A stretch of DNA of 64,000 nucleotides from Patescibacteria group bacterium (GCA_018814025.1 JAHJAM010000025.1:2530-66529); one strand, 5' to 3'; positions 21,266 to 32,437 are shown, counted from the first letter of the stretch. The notes: generated by a model from the sequence alone, not told the origin. A program made the numbers and translations.

Positions 21266-21343
21266 TTACCACAACCCGGTTGTGGTAAATGGTTTGCATC
21301 AATAATAATAGTCTTTTTTATACCACAACCCGGTTGTGGTATA
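21266..21343. repeat. two copies of the palindrome TACCACAAC-CCG-GTTGTGGTA (REP-like)
   Basis: Copies at 21266-21288 and 21319-21343; same element at 32501-32523 and a half copy at 32911. Confidence 0.85.
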
Positions 21344-21456
21344 GGTTTGGTTGCTCGCTCGACCCTTCGATGAATTCAAGTAGAGTAAGCTCGGGGCTGT
21401 TTGTATTTATGCACAGTATTTTTATACGCGTTTTTCTGTTATAATATCAGCAACCT

Positions 21457-22152
21457 ATGGAAGAAATTCGGTTGCAAAAGCGCCCCCGTTCAGCTCTTTC
21501 TGTTGAGCAGAAGGTGGCTTTTGTATTATTGCTGATTTTAGGCATGGGCGGATTGATTTTAGGCATGCTTTCTTTCGGCGCGAACATTCGCCGGCCTTTT
21601 GATATTCAGCTGGCCAATTACACGGGCGAGCCGGTTTACGGAACCGACGAAATGGAACGCCGCGAACTGGCGGCTTTGAAGAATAAAGATTCGGATCAAG
21701 ACGGACTTTCGGATTACGATGAATTGTACGTGTTTAAAACCAGCCCGTACTTGTCTGATTCGGATTCGGACGGGATTGACGATCGCACGGAAATTTTTGC
21801 AGGCGAGGATCCCAACTGTCCGAGCGGCAAAGAATGCGGAGCGTTTTTCGCGGGCGAGGAAACCAGTCAAGGGGAGACGGCCACCAGCTTGCTGCCGCCG
21901 CTCACCACCACGCCGGCGGCCGGCAGTTTCGGCAACGTGACCCTCGAGTCGCCGCAAGATATTTTGGAGTATTTTCAAAGTTTGAGCACGGATGAAATTC
22001 GCGACATGCTCAAGCAGCAGGGGGTGCCGGCGGAAACTTTGGATGAATTGGATGATGCCAGTTTGCGCGAATTGATTGAATCGTCTTTGACTAAAGCCAT
22101 GGCGGAAAATCAATTCGATCAGTTTTTAACCGAAGAACCGGCGCAGTATTAG
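21457..22152 (+). CDS. membrane-anchored protein with thrombospondin type 3-like Ca-binding repeats
   Basis: One TM segment, DSDQDGLSDYDE, DSDSDGIDD. Confidence 0.75.
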   Translation: MEEIRLQKRPRSALSVEQKVAFVLLLILGMGGLILGMLSFGANIRRPFDIQLANYTGEPVYGTDEMERRELAALKNKDSDQDGLSDYDELYVFKTSPYLSDSDSDGIDDRTEIFAGEDPNCPSGKECGAFFAGEETSQGETATSLLPPLTTTPAAGSFGNVTLESPQDILEYFQSLSTDEIRDMLKQQGVPAETLDELDDASLRELIESSLTKAMAENQFDQFLTEEPAQY

Positions 22153-22166
22153 CGCCAGCCAGATTT

Positions 22167-25100
22167 ATGAAATTGTTCCAAAGCAAAACCAGGAAGCTGT
22201 TCGCCGGGTTTTTTGCGTTTGGCCTCACCTTGTCGATTGTCTCGGCGGGCATTTTCAGTTTGGTTCAGCCGGCCTGGGCGCAAGATGTCCTGAGCACCGG
22301 GCAAGCGGCTTTGGAAGCCACCAGCAGCCAAACGCCGACCGCGGGGACATCCGTCAGCGCGGGAAATCCGGCCGAGGGTCCGGCCAAAGCCTTGGGGACC
22401 GTGAATCAAAACGTGATTAAGCCATCGATTCAAATGGTTTTGGTCTCGGTTTTGTTAAATTCTTTCCAATTCCTGCTCGACCGGTTGGCCTATGAAGCGG
22501 CCGTGGCCATCGCGTCATTAGGCGCCGGGGAAACGCCGTTAATCGTTCAAAAAGAAGGCCAGGATTTGTGGGCGGATATCGGCATGGACGTGGCCGGGGA
22601 GTTTGTGGGCGGCTTGAGCGACATGAGCACGGATTTCGTGGGGTTTAATCTTTGCGCGCCGCCCAATCCTTTAGTGCGTATGAGCATTCAATTGGGCATC
22701 AAGCAAGCTTATCAGCCGCCGGAGCCGAAATGCGATATTTTGAAAGTCGGCCAAAACTGGGAAGGGTTTATTAACTCAGCCATTCAGTTATCAGACAATC
22801 CGGGCGACGCGATCATTGAAGAATTTGCCAAATCCTTGAAGCCGGGCCGGAATGAGCTGAGCGCTTCGGTGGAGATTATGCTGGAGGCCGAACACCGAAT
22901 TGATTTGGCTAAAGCCACCGGGTTTCAGCAAGCTTTAGCCGGCGACGGTTTTAAGTCAGTGACTGATTTCGTGACCGGTCAAGTGACCACGCCTTCCAGC
23001 GTGTTGCAGAAGCAATTTGAAAAAACCACCATCGAGGATCGCGATAAGGCCGCGGCCTTTCACATGCAGACCCTGATCACCAATCCGGATTATCTTTGGG
23101 CCATGCTGTTTAACACCATGAGCATTTTTACCAACACTTTGCTGTCGGAATCGCTCAATCGGATTTATACCGGCATGTTCGAAGCTTCGCCGGAGATCGA
23201 TCCTTTCAACGTTGAATATATTTCTAACAATAACCGCCAATCAGCCATTGACCGTTTTTCCAGCTACTCCTCAACTCAACCAACTTCAATTACCAATTAC
23301 AACATCATCGCCGAGTTCGTGACTTGCCCTTCGGGCGGAGTGGCGATTCCCAACATTAATAACTGCGTGATGGACGCGAATTTCGCGACCGCGGTTTCGC
23401 GCGCGGCTTCAAAGAATCCCATGACCGTTCAAGAGGCGATTGACGAAGGGCTTTTGCATGGCGATTGGCCGCTGGTCAGTCCGGATGATCGGACCAAAAA
23501 TGAAAATTCGCTGTGTTATACCTTCGGCTATTGTTATGGCAATTTAGTGAAATTGCGCAAAGCCCGGATTATCCCGGTGGGGTGGGAATTGGCGGCCAAG
23601 CGCAGCCAGCAGGGCGCGCCCGCGACTTTGCAGGAAGTGGTTGACGGTTTTGACCACTGCAACAGCCAAGGCACGATCGATAGCAGTTCAAATCGTTTTT
23701 GCCATTTGATTGATCCGAACTGGGTTTTGAAATATCCGGAAACTCAATGCCGGGCTTTTGTCAGCGGCGAACAGATTATCAGCGGCTACAGTTCGGGCCG
23801 GGCCAATACCTGCGTGGATATGCCCAGCTGCATTTCCGAAAATAATGACGGCAGCTGCGATGGCGGCTTCGGCTACTGCGTGCGCGAGAAGAATATTTGG
23901 CGTTTCCGCGGCGATGAATGTCCGGTGCAATACGCCAGCTGTTTGAAGTTTACCAACGCGGATACCAAATCGCAAAAGAGTTTATTGGTGAACACGGTTG
24001 ATTTTGGCGTGTGCGGCCAAGGCAACGCGGGCTGTTTGTGGTATCGCACGAATAAATATATCGATGACAAGGGCAATACGGACCCTTCGGACGATACTTA
24101 CGAATTTTTGCCGGCCGGGGTCAGCTACATGACGGTCGCGCGCGACGCCGCGGTTGAATACGCGGGCTCAACCCGAACCTTTGGCTATTACGCGCACGAG
24201 GATCGGATTTATTTTGACCGGGACGCGGAAGAATGTGCGTCTCAAGACGCTGGTTGTACCAAGCTATATAAAATTGCTGATAATTTAGTTTTGAATGCGG
24301 TTGCAAATGGAAGTTTTGAACAAGATGAGAATAATGACGGGGTGCCGGATGGCTGGATTGGCTTGGAAGCCACGGATCGCGAGAGTGATACTGATGAAGT
24401 TCAGACCGGCGAATATGCCTTGCATATTCATAATGAACCAAACGTGTTTAGCCAGTCCGGCATTCAATTGGCACCGAATACTTTTTATACTTTCAGCCTT
24501 TATGCCAAGCAGGGGAGTGCGGGGGCAACAGCGGCGAATGCTAAGATCAGGATTTATGACGCGTTTGGCGGCTTGATTGATCTGACCGGCTTGTCCACGA
24601 CTTGTACGGTGCAAAGCAATTACTTCCGTTTAGAGTTGCTAAACTTGAACAATGATTATTCTCGTTATGAATGTTCTTTTACTACGCCGGGCACGACCGC
24701 GGCCGCGTCATTAGAAATTGATCCGTTTAACCGAGCCCGTTTCGACGCTATTCAAATCGAGAAAGGCGCGGTGGCGTCCAATTTTGCGGATGGCTATAAT
24801 CGCGAGGGCGCGACCGCTTATCTGAAATTGGCGCCGGACTATTTGGGATGCGAAGGCAAAGCCACGGATCCCCAAGCCTGCGAGCAATATACCCAAGTTT
24901 GTACCGAACAAGAGGTGGGTTGTAATTTGTACACGCCCAAGGGCGGCGGACCGGCGATTCCGGCCATCATCAGCGCGGTGGATGCGTGTCCGGCCGAATG
25001 CGTGGGCTACGCGGCTTTTAAGCAAGAAGCCACCAAATATGAGCTGGCCTTTTTCCCGGAATATTTTATCGCGGACACGGCCGCCAGCTGTACGGCCGAG

Positions 25101-28100
25101 CAAGTGGGCTGCGACAGCTTCACGAATTTGGATGCTTTGGACCAAGGCGGAGAGGGAATTGAATATTATTCCGATTTGCGGGCTTGTTTGACGCCGGCGG
25201 ACGCGGGCGACAATACGGGCGCGGACCGGGCCGCTAATTATTTCACTTGGGAAGGCACGGATCAGGCCGGCTATCAGCTGCGTTCCTGGTGGCTTTTGCA
25301 ATCAAACCTGAGCGATGCGCCATGTTCGAATTGGACCATGAGCGGCGCCTCCTCCTTAATATGTAACGACAGCGGGTCAGGGCTGGCGGCTTGCGACAGC
25401 CATGACGATTTGGTGAACAATCCGGATTGCCGCGAGTTTTTCGATGAAAACGGAGTCCGCCATTATCGCGAATATTCCAAGACCGTTACCATTAGCGAGG
25501 ATTGCCACCCATACCGCAAGACCATTGCCTTGCGCGACGACTGTTTGGCTTCCGACGGCTATTACACCCCGGCCGGCGAGTGCCGGTACTTTGGCGTGCC
25601 TGTGGAAAGCCAGAGCTGTTCGGCTTCGGCGGTCGGCTGTCGATCATATACGGGCGGGGCCGCGCGCAATCAAAGCGTGGTTTTCGATGATAATCTTGAG
25701 AGCGGCACCGTGGCCAATTACATGACGGAAAACGGCATCAACATTGCTTTTAGCAATGAGTCGCTGGCGCCGGACGGACATTCTTTGCGCGTTTATAATG
25801 CCAGCGGCACGGAATTTATCGCCACTACTCAGGCGATTATGACCAGCGAATGCGCGACCGCGGGCGGCTGTGCCAATCAAAATAGCGAGATGAACGGCGA
25901 GTGCGTGATTGCACAAGGAGAAATTGATTGCGGTCCGCTGCGCGACAAAATCGCGGCCGGCAAGACATTTAATTTGGAATTTTTAGCCAAAGGCAATGGC
26001 GCCATCAAGGCCGCTTTAATCGAACACGGCGGCGCGGATGACCTGCATTATTTCGGCGAAGCGCAACTGACCGGCGCTTGGCGGCTTTACACGCTTGGTC
26101 CATTGGATACCAGCGATTTGGATTACATTGATCGGACCACGGTTTTAGGTTTTCAAACCAGCGGAGCCACGGAATTTTTCTTGGATAATATCCGCCTGAC
26201 GCAAGCTGAAGATAACATTACTTTGATTAAAGATTCTTGGGTGACGCCCGCGGCTTGCGATCAAACGCCCAACGGCCTGAGTTCGCCGCAGTATTACCTG
26301 GGCTGCCAGGAATATTCGGATGTCACCAACCGTCCCAATTATCTTTATCAGTTCAGCCGCTTGTGCGGGGAAGATAAGGTCGGCTGCGAGGCTTATTATC
26401 AAACTTACAATTCGCAATCGCCTTACGGCCAAGTCAATAATGCGCGCTGTTTGAATGGCGCGGCGCCGAATGGCTCGCCGGTCGGCGCTTTGACCGCCTG
26501 CCAGTTTAACGGCCGGACCGTGTGTTCGATTGCGCCCGGAACCAATTTCTGTTTGTTCAATTTAGATCAAGCCATTAGCCGGCCTTTGCCCGCCAAGATC
26601 GTTTTGGGTCCGGAAGCCAAACTGGTTTCCGGGGATCGGCCGGTCTATTTGATTGATGACGGTTCAACTTCGTGTTCGGCGGCCAATGTTGGCTGTACGG
26701 AAATCGGCCAGCCCACGTTTAATCGCGACAAAACTCAAGTCACGGGTTTTGAATCCGCCTATTTCATGAATAATCCGGATGAGTATGAAAATACTCTTTG
26801 CGCCCACAAGGCTTTATTCTGTGCTGAGTGGTCATCGACCAAAGACGGCAATTTCTACTTCAAAGATCCGCTGGATCAAACTTGTGAATACAAGACCGGC
26901 ATCACCATCGATCGGCGCGAGTTTTTTGGCTGGTTCCGTAAAGGCAGCAATGAGCCGTGCGATTGGAATGATTTGAACCAGGACGGCGCCTACCATCCGG
27001 CGGATGATTCAGCTTTAATCAAGGAAGGCGGCAAATTTGAAGTTTGGCGCAATGGCGACAGCCAGTATTCGGGCTGGGTCGCGCAATGCGATCAGAATAT
27101 GGATTTGTGCACGGAATTTTTAGACCCGACCGATTCGCAAGAAGGGCGAAACCCGCTGGGCACGTCCTATTATTTCAAAAACAACGACGCTTTAAGCGAA
27201 AGCTCTCTGGCCGCGACTCAGCGCTGCGACGGCTTAGTCAGCCAGAAGCAGGGTTGCGTGCTGTTCCACAATTCCAGCATTTCCGACATGTATTATTCGG
27301 CCGAGCCCAGCTACATTGCTTCCGAACGCGCGGATATCTTGTTCGGGGACGCACAATTTGCCAAGGTTGATCCGATTGATTGCACCAATTACGATCCGAA
27401 CGAAAATCGGCTGGGGAAAAACCTATGCGAGCTGCGCTGCGCTTACCGCACGGGCGGCTTGGCTAATCCGCTCAAGACCTTGGCGACCACGGCTTCAACC
27501 GCTGATGCGAACCTGCTGTATTCAGGCGCTTGCGTGGATAATTCCGATTGCCCAAGCCAAGTGGCGGCCAACGGCTTGACTTACGCGGGCAACTGCGTGA
27601 GCGTGGAGCCGGCGGCACGCTTTACCAATAACACTAATGCCATTGTGAAAGTGGTGCGCGATCGCGCTTGCGCCCAGTGGCTGACGTGCGAATCAAAGAG
27701 CGTGACTTTTGATGACCAGCAGCAGAAGTGGGTGGAGGTGTGCGAGAATTTGGAGCTGTGCTCGCGCTATACCCGGGAAGGGGACACCACCGAGTGCACG
27801 GCCGCGGATCAGCCTGAACCGTATGTGCTGGATGCGCTGTACTATGCGGCCCGCGACGTAACTTGGACCGGGGTGGAATATTCCGGCTACTCGATTCCGG
27901 ATCAGCTGCCCGTGGATCTTTATGACCAGGTGGATTTGAATCCCAGCAAGTGGTGCGTCAGTACCGCTTCGGGGCGGCCTTACCGCGATGAGCAAACTGA
28001 TTTAGGCGTGCCTTGCACCAGTGATGACGGTTGCGATTATCTGGCCGCGGCCGGCGACTATTATTGCAGTCCGGCCAACGAACAGTATTATGTTTTGGCC

Positions 28101-31100
28101 AATGTGGCCGGGCCGTGCACGGAAGATTACAACACGGCTTGTACCGTGGGCTTTTGTGAGGATCATCCGAATATTGCCTGCGGCAATTCCAGCCATTGTC
28201 CCGATAATGGCGAGATCTGCGTGGTGGGCTATTGCCAGGACGTATATTTGGCGATTGGCTGTGATACGAACACGCAGTGCAACGGCGTTTCCGGCGGCCG
28301 AAACATCTGCGATCCGGTGGCGCGCAAGTGCGTGAATCAATTGACAACCGGCGAAAACGCCACGGCTTGCCGCAGTGCCGGCGACTGTACGGGCATCAAT
28401 CCGACCTGCACGCCCAGCGCCTTATCTCGAGTCGGCACCTGTTTTAATCAGCAGTGCTTGCTGGATATCAAAGGCCAGCCTTACAGTGCGAAACAGGACA
28501 AGGTGATTAACCCGGAGTGCCGCGGCTATCCGGAAATCGATTCGCCGTTTTCCGGTATCCCGGGCACGGTGGTGACCAAATATACGACCAAACCACCACC
28601 GACCGATTTCCTGCCGCAAGCTCAGGAGAAAAAAGTCGGCTACGGCCAAGTGAATATTTGCGCGCCGATTCAAACCGCGGCCGGGGTTTGGGCTTATACT
28701 TCTGATTGTTTGTGCAGTTATGAAAAGATGACTTACGGCGACGGGATCAAAACCTTTTATTATCCCAAAGGCACGGATCTGGATAATTTAGAAGGCGTGT
28801 GCGTGGGCGGACAATTCGACAGCTATACTTGCGCCAAGGATTCCGAATGCGGGTGCGCACGCGACAGCAGCTGCGAGGGGAATGAAATTAGCCTGGGCAT
28901 CTGCGCGCTGCCTAAGAAAAAAGAAACTTATCAAGGCTGGACCGGCCATTGCATTGAACGGGATTCGTCCACGCATATTTATGTGGAACAAGAAAAGAAC
29001 GCGTGTTTAACTTGGCTGCCCGTGGATCGGCTGACCGGGGCCACTGATTTGTACGGAAAAGATTTGGAAGCCGGACAATTCATCAATCAAGACGTTTTCT
29101 ATTGTTCCGAAACCGGCTATTACATGGATTTGTATCCGACCGGCACGGTTTTTGATGATTACAGTAATATTGTGGGCATTGATTATGCTTGCGCGTCGTC
29201 AATAGACGCTCCGGGAAATTTTCAGTGTGAGCAGGGCGAACGGGATAGTTGTGAAAAAAATGCTTACTGTCCGGCAGGCTGGGTGGCGCTGGTGGGTGTT
29301 TGCCATGGAAGTAGCAAGACGGAGACCAGTTTAGGGTATTGTACGGCGGATGTGTTGAATGAAAATTCAGACCTCCGAACCAAAATGCCGATTCAGGCCG
29401 CTGATCTGGCCTTGCCGCCGCTGGCACCGAATCTTAATGATTGTCCATATTTTTGCGTGCCAAAAAACAGTTATCATTCCGAGGGCAATGATGTCGGAAC
29501 GGCCTGCTTCGGTTCCGGACAGCTTTCAACAACTAATGTGGACGGCACTTCGGTTTTTGCCACCCCTTATTATCTGAACGATAACTTAGGAGTCGCGAAC
29601 GGCGAATCGTTTGCCAGCAGTACGGGCGCCTTCAAGAAATATTCCGACTGCGTGGTGCGCGGCGTGCCGGTGGGAACGAGCGAATACGAAACAGACTGGT
29701 ATTATAATTCCAGTTTTGAAGACGAAAATAGCGGATGGTATAAGGGGTATGGCTGGAAGCGCAATACTGATCTCAGTCCGGGCGAAATTGCGGTAGATTT
29801 CGGTCTCGGGCACGCCGCTTATGGTATTTTGCATCGGGCCGTGGGCGCCGGATATAAACATTGCGAAAGTTTAGGACAGGCTTGCACGACCGATGCTCAA
29901 TGTTTGGGTAATTATTCGACGGCGTTTGGTCCGGGCGGCATTCCGTCCAGTTTGACTGGCGCAACACTTCTGGCGTTTGAGGCGTTTTTGAATCAAGTTG
30001 CCCCATTTGTCGGCCAGTGCGGAACTTACGGCGGACCCGAGACGACCAGCGGATCGATTCGGCCTTATTACGGCTGTTATGAACTGACCCAAGTTTCTCA
30101 AGAAGTGACTACGGGTGCGGCCTTGGCGGAAAGCAACAAAGCCTGGACCAATCGTTTGTGGCAGAGCGCGGATCCGCTTTATCAAACCAAGACCAATATG
30201 CCCCAATGGACCGGTTCGGCTACCCAACCTTTGGAATATACGGTGCTGGATGCTCCCGCACCGGCCGGACAGGCTTTGTTTGCGGATTATTTCCAGCGCG
30301 ACGGGCTGACCAATAGATATCTCATGCGGGATTTTGCCGATGCTTTCCCCTTGCCGGTGCGGACTGATTTGGGCGGTTTTGCCATCGGTACAGTGGGTTT
30401 GGATATCAAAGCCGGCATTACGGACGCGGAAGCTTACAAATATCCGAGTTTGAATCAGTATAAAACCGGAGCCAGCAGTACGGCTTTGAAATCCGGGCAC
30501 ACGCCATACAGCTTAGCGCTCTCTTATGAAGACTTGGGAAATGGTTCTGAACTATCCGCGGTTTCAGGGGACATCGCTTTAGACCAGTATGGCCGTTTTG
30601 GAAACAGCAATAGTACGGAGGTAGGCGTCAGTCCGGATCCGGACGGGCAACAAAGCGTGCGCCGTTTGTTATCACAATTTTTTGCAAAAACATATGCGGT
30701 TTATCAATATGTTTGGAATGACAACCGCGGCACGTATGTGAAACAGCCGGACGCGGCCGGGGAGCAGTACGAATCAATGGATATTTCCAGCCAGGGCGAT
30801 GCTTTGGGCACAGAGTTTAATCAATATTCCGGCAATGGCGGACAGGTGCCGGTAGTGAAGTCAGTGGGTTCATGCCAAAACGGCTTATGCGCCGAAGGTA
30901 CGTCCGGCACGATGTCGGTCAACGGCATCGACGATGAAGATATTGTGATGAATGGCTATCAAACTTTCCAAGCCACGTTAAGCTTCTTTACCTATGCCCA
31001 GCCCAACCAATTGCCGATCCGCCAGATTATTGTGGATTGGGGAAATGGCACCGAGGAGGGGTCGATGGACACTTGGACGAATTGGCCTTTAACCAGCCAC

Positions 31101-31643
31101 AGCGGTTCTTCGGCCGCGGATAATTATTATAAAAATCATCGCGGCACTGACGGTTATGGCGGGGAAGTTTGGTGCGATGAAGGACGCATGGGGTTTGGCG
31201 GCAGCGGCGAAGCGTGCGAAAGCTCTTACCTGACTTTTGTGAATTCTTACCGATGTACCCCAACCATACTGACGGAATTGGATACAGCCGGGCGCGTGTG
31301 CCGGTTCCTAACTTTGCCAAACGGCGAGCGGAGATTGGAATATTCGCCGTGTATTGATCAGGGCTTGCAGGCTTGCGGCTTCCAGCCGCGCGTGTATGTG
31401 AAGGATAACTGGGGCTGGTGCACGGGGTATTGTACGAGTAATCCGGATGAGACACCGCTGGATGGTATTGATAATCCACCTGATTCAACTAATCAATGTT
31501 ATGGAAGTGAGTGTGATTTTGTGAGCTGTCCGAGTACGGGGCTGGGTGGTACTCCAACGTCAGATGTGTGCCCTGATGGTGAGTTTAGCGGTATAGATGA
31601 TCCATGGATATATTTTGACGGAGTGATTAAAATTCAGCCGTAG
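22167..31643 (+). CDS. giant (3158 aa) secreted or surface cysteine-rich protein with CBM-like domains
   Basis: Signal peptide (AWA-QD), hydrophobic N-terminal helices, dense C-x-C modules, NGSFE...PDGW CBM4/9-like segment. Confidence 0.85.
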   Translation: MKLFQSKTRKLFAGFFAFGLTLSIVSAGIFSLVQPAWAQDVLSTGQAALEATSSQTPTAGTSVSAGNPAEGPAKALGTVNQNVIKPSIQMVLVSVLLNSFQFLLDRLAYEAAVAIASLGAGETPLIVQKEGQDLWADIGMDVAGEFVGGLSDMSTDFVGFNLCAPPNPLVRMSIQLGIKQAYQPPEPKCDILKVGQNWEGFINSAIQLSDNPGDAIIEEFAKSLKPGRNELSASVEIMLEAEHRIDLAKATGFQQALAGDGFKSVTDFVTGQVTTPSSVLQKQFEKTTIEDRDKAAAFHMQTLITNPDYLWAMLFNTMSIFTNTLLSESLNRIYTGMFEASPEIDPFNVEYISNNNRQSAIDRFSSYSSTQPTSITNYNIIAEFVTCPSGGVAIPNINNCVMDANFATAVSRAASKNPMTVQEAIDEGLLHGDWPLVSPDDRTKNENSLCYTFGYCYGNLVKLRKARIIPVGWELAAKRSQQGAPATLQEVVDGFDHCNSQGTIDSSSNRFCHLIDPNWVLKYPETQCRAFVSGEQIISGYSSGRANTCVDMPSCISENNDGSCDGGFGYCVREKNIWRFRGDECPVQYASCLKFTNADTKSQKSLLVNTVDFGVCGQGNAGCLWYRTNKYIDDKGNTDPSDDTYEFLPAGVSYMTVARDAAVEYAGSTRTFGYYAHEDRIYFDRDAEECASQDAGCTKLYKIADNLVLNAVANGSFEQDENNDGVPDGWIGLEATDRESDTDEVQTGEYALHIHNEPNVFSQSGIQLAPNTFYTFSLYAKQGSAGATAANAKIRIYDAFGGLIDLTGLSTTCTVQSNYFRLELLNLNNDYSRYECSFTTPGTTAAASLEIDPFNRARFDAIQIEKGAVASNFADGYNREGATAYLKLAPDYLGCEGKATDPQACEQYTQVCTEQEVGCNLYTPKGGGPAIPAIISAVDACPAECVGYAAFKQEATKYELAFFPEYFIADTAASCTAEQVGCDSFTNLDALDQGGEGIEYYSDLRACLTPADAGDNTGADRAANYFTWEGTDQAGYQLRSWWLLQSNLSDAPCSNWTMSGASSLICNDSGSGLAACDSHDDLVNNPDCREFFDENGVRHYREYSKTVTISEDCHPYRKTIALRDDCLASDGYYTPAGECRYFGVPVESQSCSASAVGCRSYTGGAARNQSVVFDDNLESGTVANYMTENGINIAFSNESLAPDGHSLRVYNASGTEFIATTQAIMTSECATAGGCANQNSEMNGECVIAQGEIDCGPLRDKIAAGKTFNLEFLAKGNGAIKAALIEHGGADDLHYFGEAQLTGAWRLYTLGPLDTSDLDYIDRTTVLGFQTSGATEFFLDNIRLTQAEDNITLIKDSWVTPAACDQTPNGLSSPQYYLGCQEYSDVTNRPNYLYQFSRLCGEDKVGCEAYYQTYNSQSPYGQVNNARCLNGAAPNGSPVGALTACQFNGRTVCSIAPGTNFCLFNLDQAISRPLPAKIVLGPEAKLVSGDRPVYLIDDGSTSCSAANVGCTEIGQPTFNRDKTQVTGFESAYFMNNPDEYENTLCAHKALFCAEWSSTKDGNFYFKDPLDQTCEYKTGITIDRREFFGWFRKGSNEPCDWNDLNQDGAYHPADDSALIKEGGKFEVWRNGDSQYSGWVAQCDQNMDLCTEFLDPTDSQEGRNPLGTSYYFKNNDALSESSLAATQRCDGLVSQKQGCVLFHNSSISDMYYSAEPSYIASERADILFGDAQFAKVDPIDCTNYDPNENRLGKNLCELRCAYRTGGLANPLKTLATTASTADANLLYSGACVDNSDCPSQVAANGLTYAGNCVSVEPAARFTNNTNAIVKVVRDRACAQWLTCESKSVTFDDQQQKWVEVCENLELCSRYTREGDTTECTAADQPEPYVLDALYYAARDVTWTGVEYSGYSIPDQLPVDLYDQVDLNPSKWCVSTASGRPYRDEQTDLGVPCTSDDGCDYLAAAGDYYCSPANEQYYVLANVAGPCTEDYNTACTVGFCEDHPNIACGNSSHCPDNGEICVVGYCQDVYLAIGCDTNTQCNGVSGGRNICDPVARKCVNQLTTGENATACRSAGDCTGINPTCTPSALSRVGTCFNQQCLLDIKGQPYSAKQDKVINPECRGYPEIDSPFSGIPGTVVTKYTTKPPPTDFLPQAQEKKVGYGQVNICAPIQTAAGVWAYTSDCLCSYEKMTYGDGIKTFYYPKGTDLDNLEGVCVGGQFDSYTCAKDSECGCARDSSCEGNEISLGICALPKKKETYQGWTGHCIERDSSTHIYVEQEKNACLTWLPVDRLTGATDLYGKDLEAGQFINQDVFYCSETGYYMDLYPTGTVFDDYSNIVGIDYACASSIDAPGNFQCEQGERDSCEKNAYCPAGWVALVGVCHGSSKTETSLGYCTADVLNENSDLRTKMPIQAADLALPPLAPNLNDCPYFCVPKNSYHSEGNDVGTACFGSGQLSTTNVDGTSVFATPYYLNDNLGVANGESFASSTGAFKKYSDCVVRGVPVGTSEYETDWYYNSSFEDENSGWYKGYGWKRNTDLSPGEIAVDFGLGHAAYGILHRAVGAGYKHCESLGQACTTDAQCLGNYSTAFGPGGIPSSLTGATLLAFEAFLNQVAPFVGQCGTYGGPETTSGSIRPYYGCYELTQVSQEVTTGAALAESNKAWTNRLWQSADPLYQTKTNMPQWTGSATQPLEYTVLDAPAPAGQALFADYFQRDGLTNRYLMRDFADAFPLPVRTDLGGFAIGTVGLDIKAGITDAEAYKYPSLNQYKTGASSTALKSGHTPYSLALSYEDLGNGSELSAVSGDIALDQYGRFGNSNSTEVGVSPDPDGQQSVRRLLSQFFAKTYAVYQYVWNDNRGTYVKQPDAAGEQYESMDISSQGDALGTEFNQYSGNGGQVPVVKSVGSCQNGLCAEGTSGTMSVNGIDDEDIVMNGYQTFQATLSFFTYAQPNQLPIRQIIVDWGNGTEEGSMDTWTNWPLTSHSGSSAADNYYKNHRGTDGYGGEVWCDEGRMGFGGSGEACESSYLTFVNSYRCTPTILTELDTAGRVCRFLTLPNGERRLEYSPCIDQGLQACGFQPRVYVKDNWGWCTGYCTSNPDETPLDGIDNPPDSTNQCYGSECDFVSCPSTGLGGTPTSDVCPDGEFSGIDDPWIYFDGVIKIQP

Positions 31644-31711
31644 TGGGAAAATTTGGAGATTAAAAAAGACCAGTGCTAGGCACTGGTCTTAAGTTTGGCG
31701 GCCTCTGCCAG

Positions 31712-32284
31712 CTATTTGCGAGAGTACACGCAGTTGAGTTCGTTGCCTCCAACAAGGATGGCGTGGTGCTGGAAACTCTCGCCGTCATTGGCAATGGTGC
31801 CGTCGATGCAGTAGCCGACGCTATTGCATCCTTCGTAGTGGTTGCCCACGATTTCGGCGTTGATGTTGGCGAAGCCGCGCATTTCGATCTTGCCGTTGTT
31901 GACCAAGGTGAGAAGCTCGCGTTCTTCCTGGCAGTTTGCATCGCTGGTGATATAGAACTCTTTGAGCGGGATGCCGGCTGTAATGGTCAGGAGGACCAAC
32001 TCGCCATTGTCATCCACATCGGCAGTAGCCGGTACGCTCAGAAATGATGAGCCTTGGCTTTCGATCTCGTAGACGCCGGCCGCGTGGACCTTGTGCTCGC
32101 AGGTCATGGCATTGGTGCAGACCACCTCGCCGTCGACCAGGAAGTCGCCGGGCGGAACGCCTTGGGTGATGCTCATGGAGAGCGTGGCTGTGAAAGAACC
32201 GGGGTTGCCGCCGTCGGGATCGAATTCGGCAGGGCCGCACGCCAGAATGGGCGCGGCGAGGAGAAGCATCATTATCTTCTTCAT
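31712..32284 (-). CDS. hypothetical lipoprotein
   Basis: MKKIMMLLLAAPILAC lipobox, GAGGTG RBS, terminator at 31662-31690. Confidence 0.7.
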   Translation of the reverse strand: MKKIMMLLLAAPILACGPAEFDPDGGNPGSFTATLSMSITQGVPPGDFLVDGEVVCTNAMTCEHKVHAAGVYEIESQGSSFLSVPATADVDDNGELVLLTITAGIPLKEFYITSDANCQEERELLTLVNNGKIEMRGFANINAEIVGNHYEGCNSVGYCIDGTIANDGESFQHHAILVGGNELNCVYSRK

Positions 32285-32437
32285 CGTATCACCTCGTTTT
32301 TGCCCCGCAGTGCGGGTTGGGTTAAAGAGCTTATCTCTACTTAAATTAGACAGCAAACTTTTGGTTTTGTCAAGGTGGCTCCGGACAAACGGTGAATAAT
32401 GAAGCAGGTATTATTTAGCTAATATTAGCCAAGACTC

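Noticed and set aside
21266-21343. CRISPR mini-array
   Set aside because: Only two repeats with one ~30-nt AT-rich spacer, no cas genes, and the repeat is dispersed elsewhere in both orientations
31440-31643. DGR variable region
   Set aside because: No template repeat or reverse transcriptase is visible in the window; only a codon-usage shift supports it
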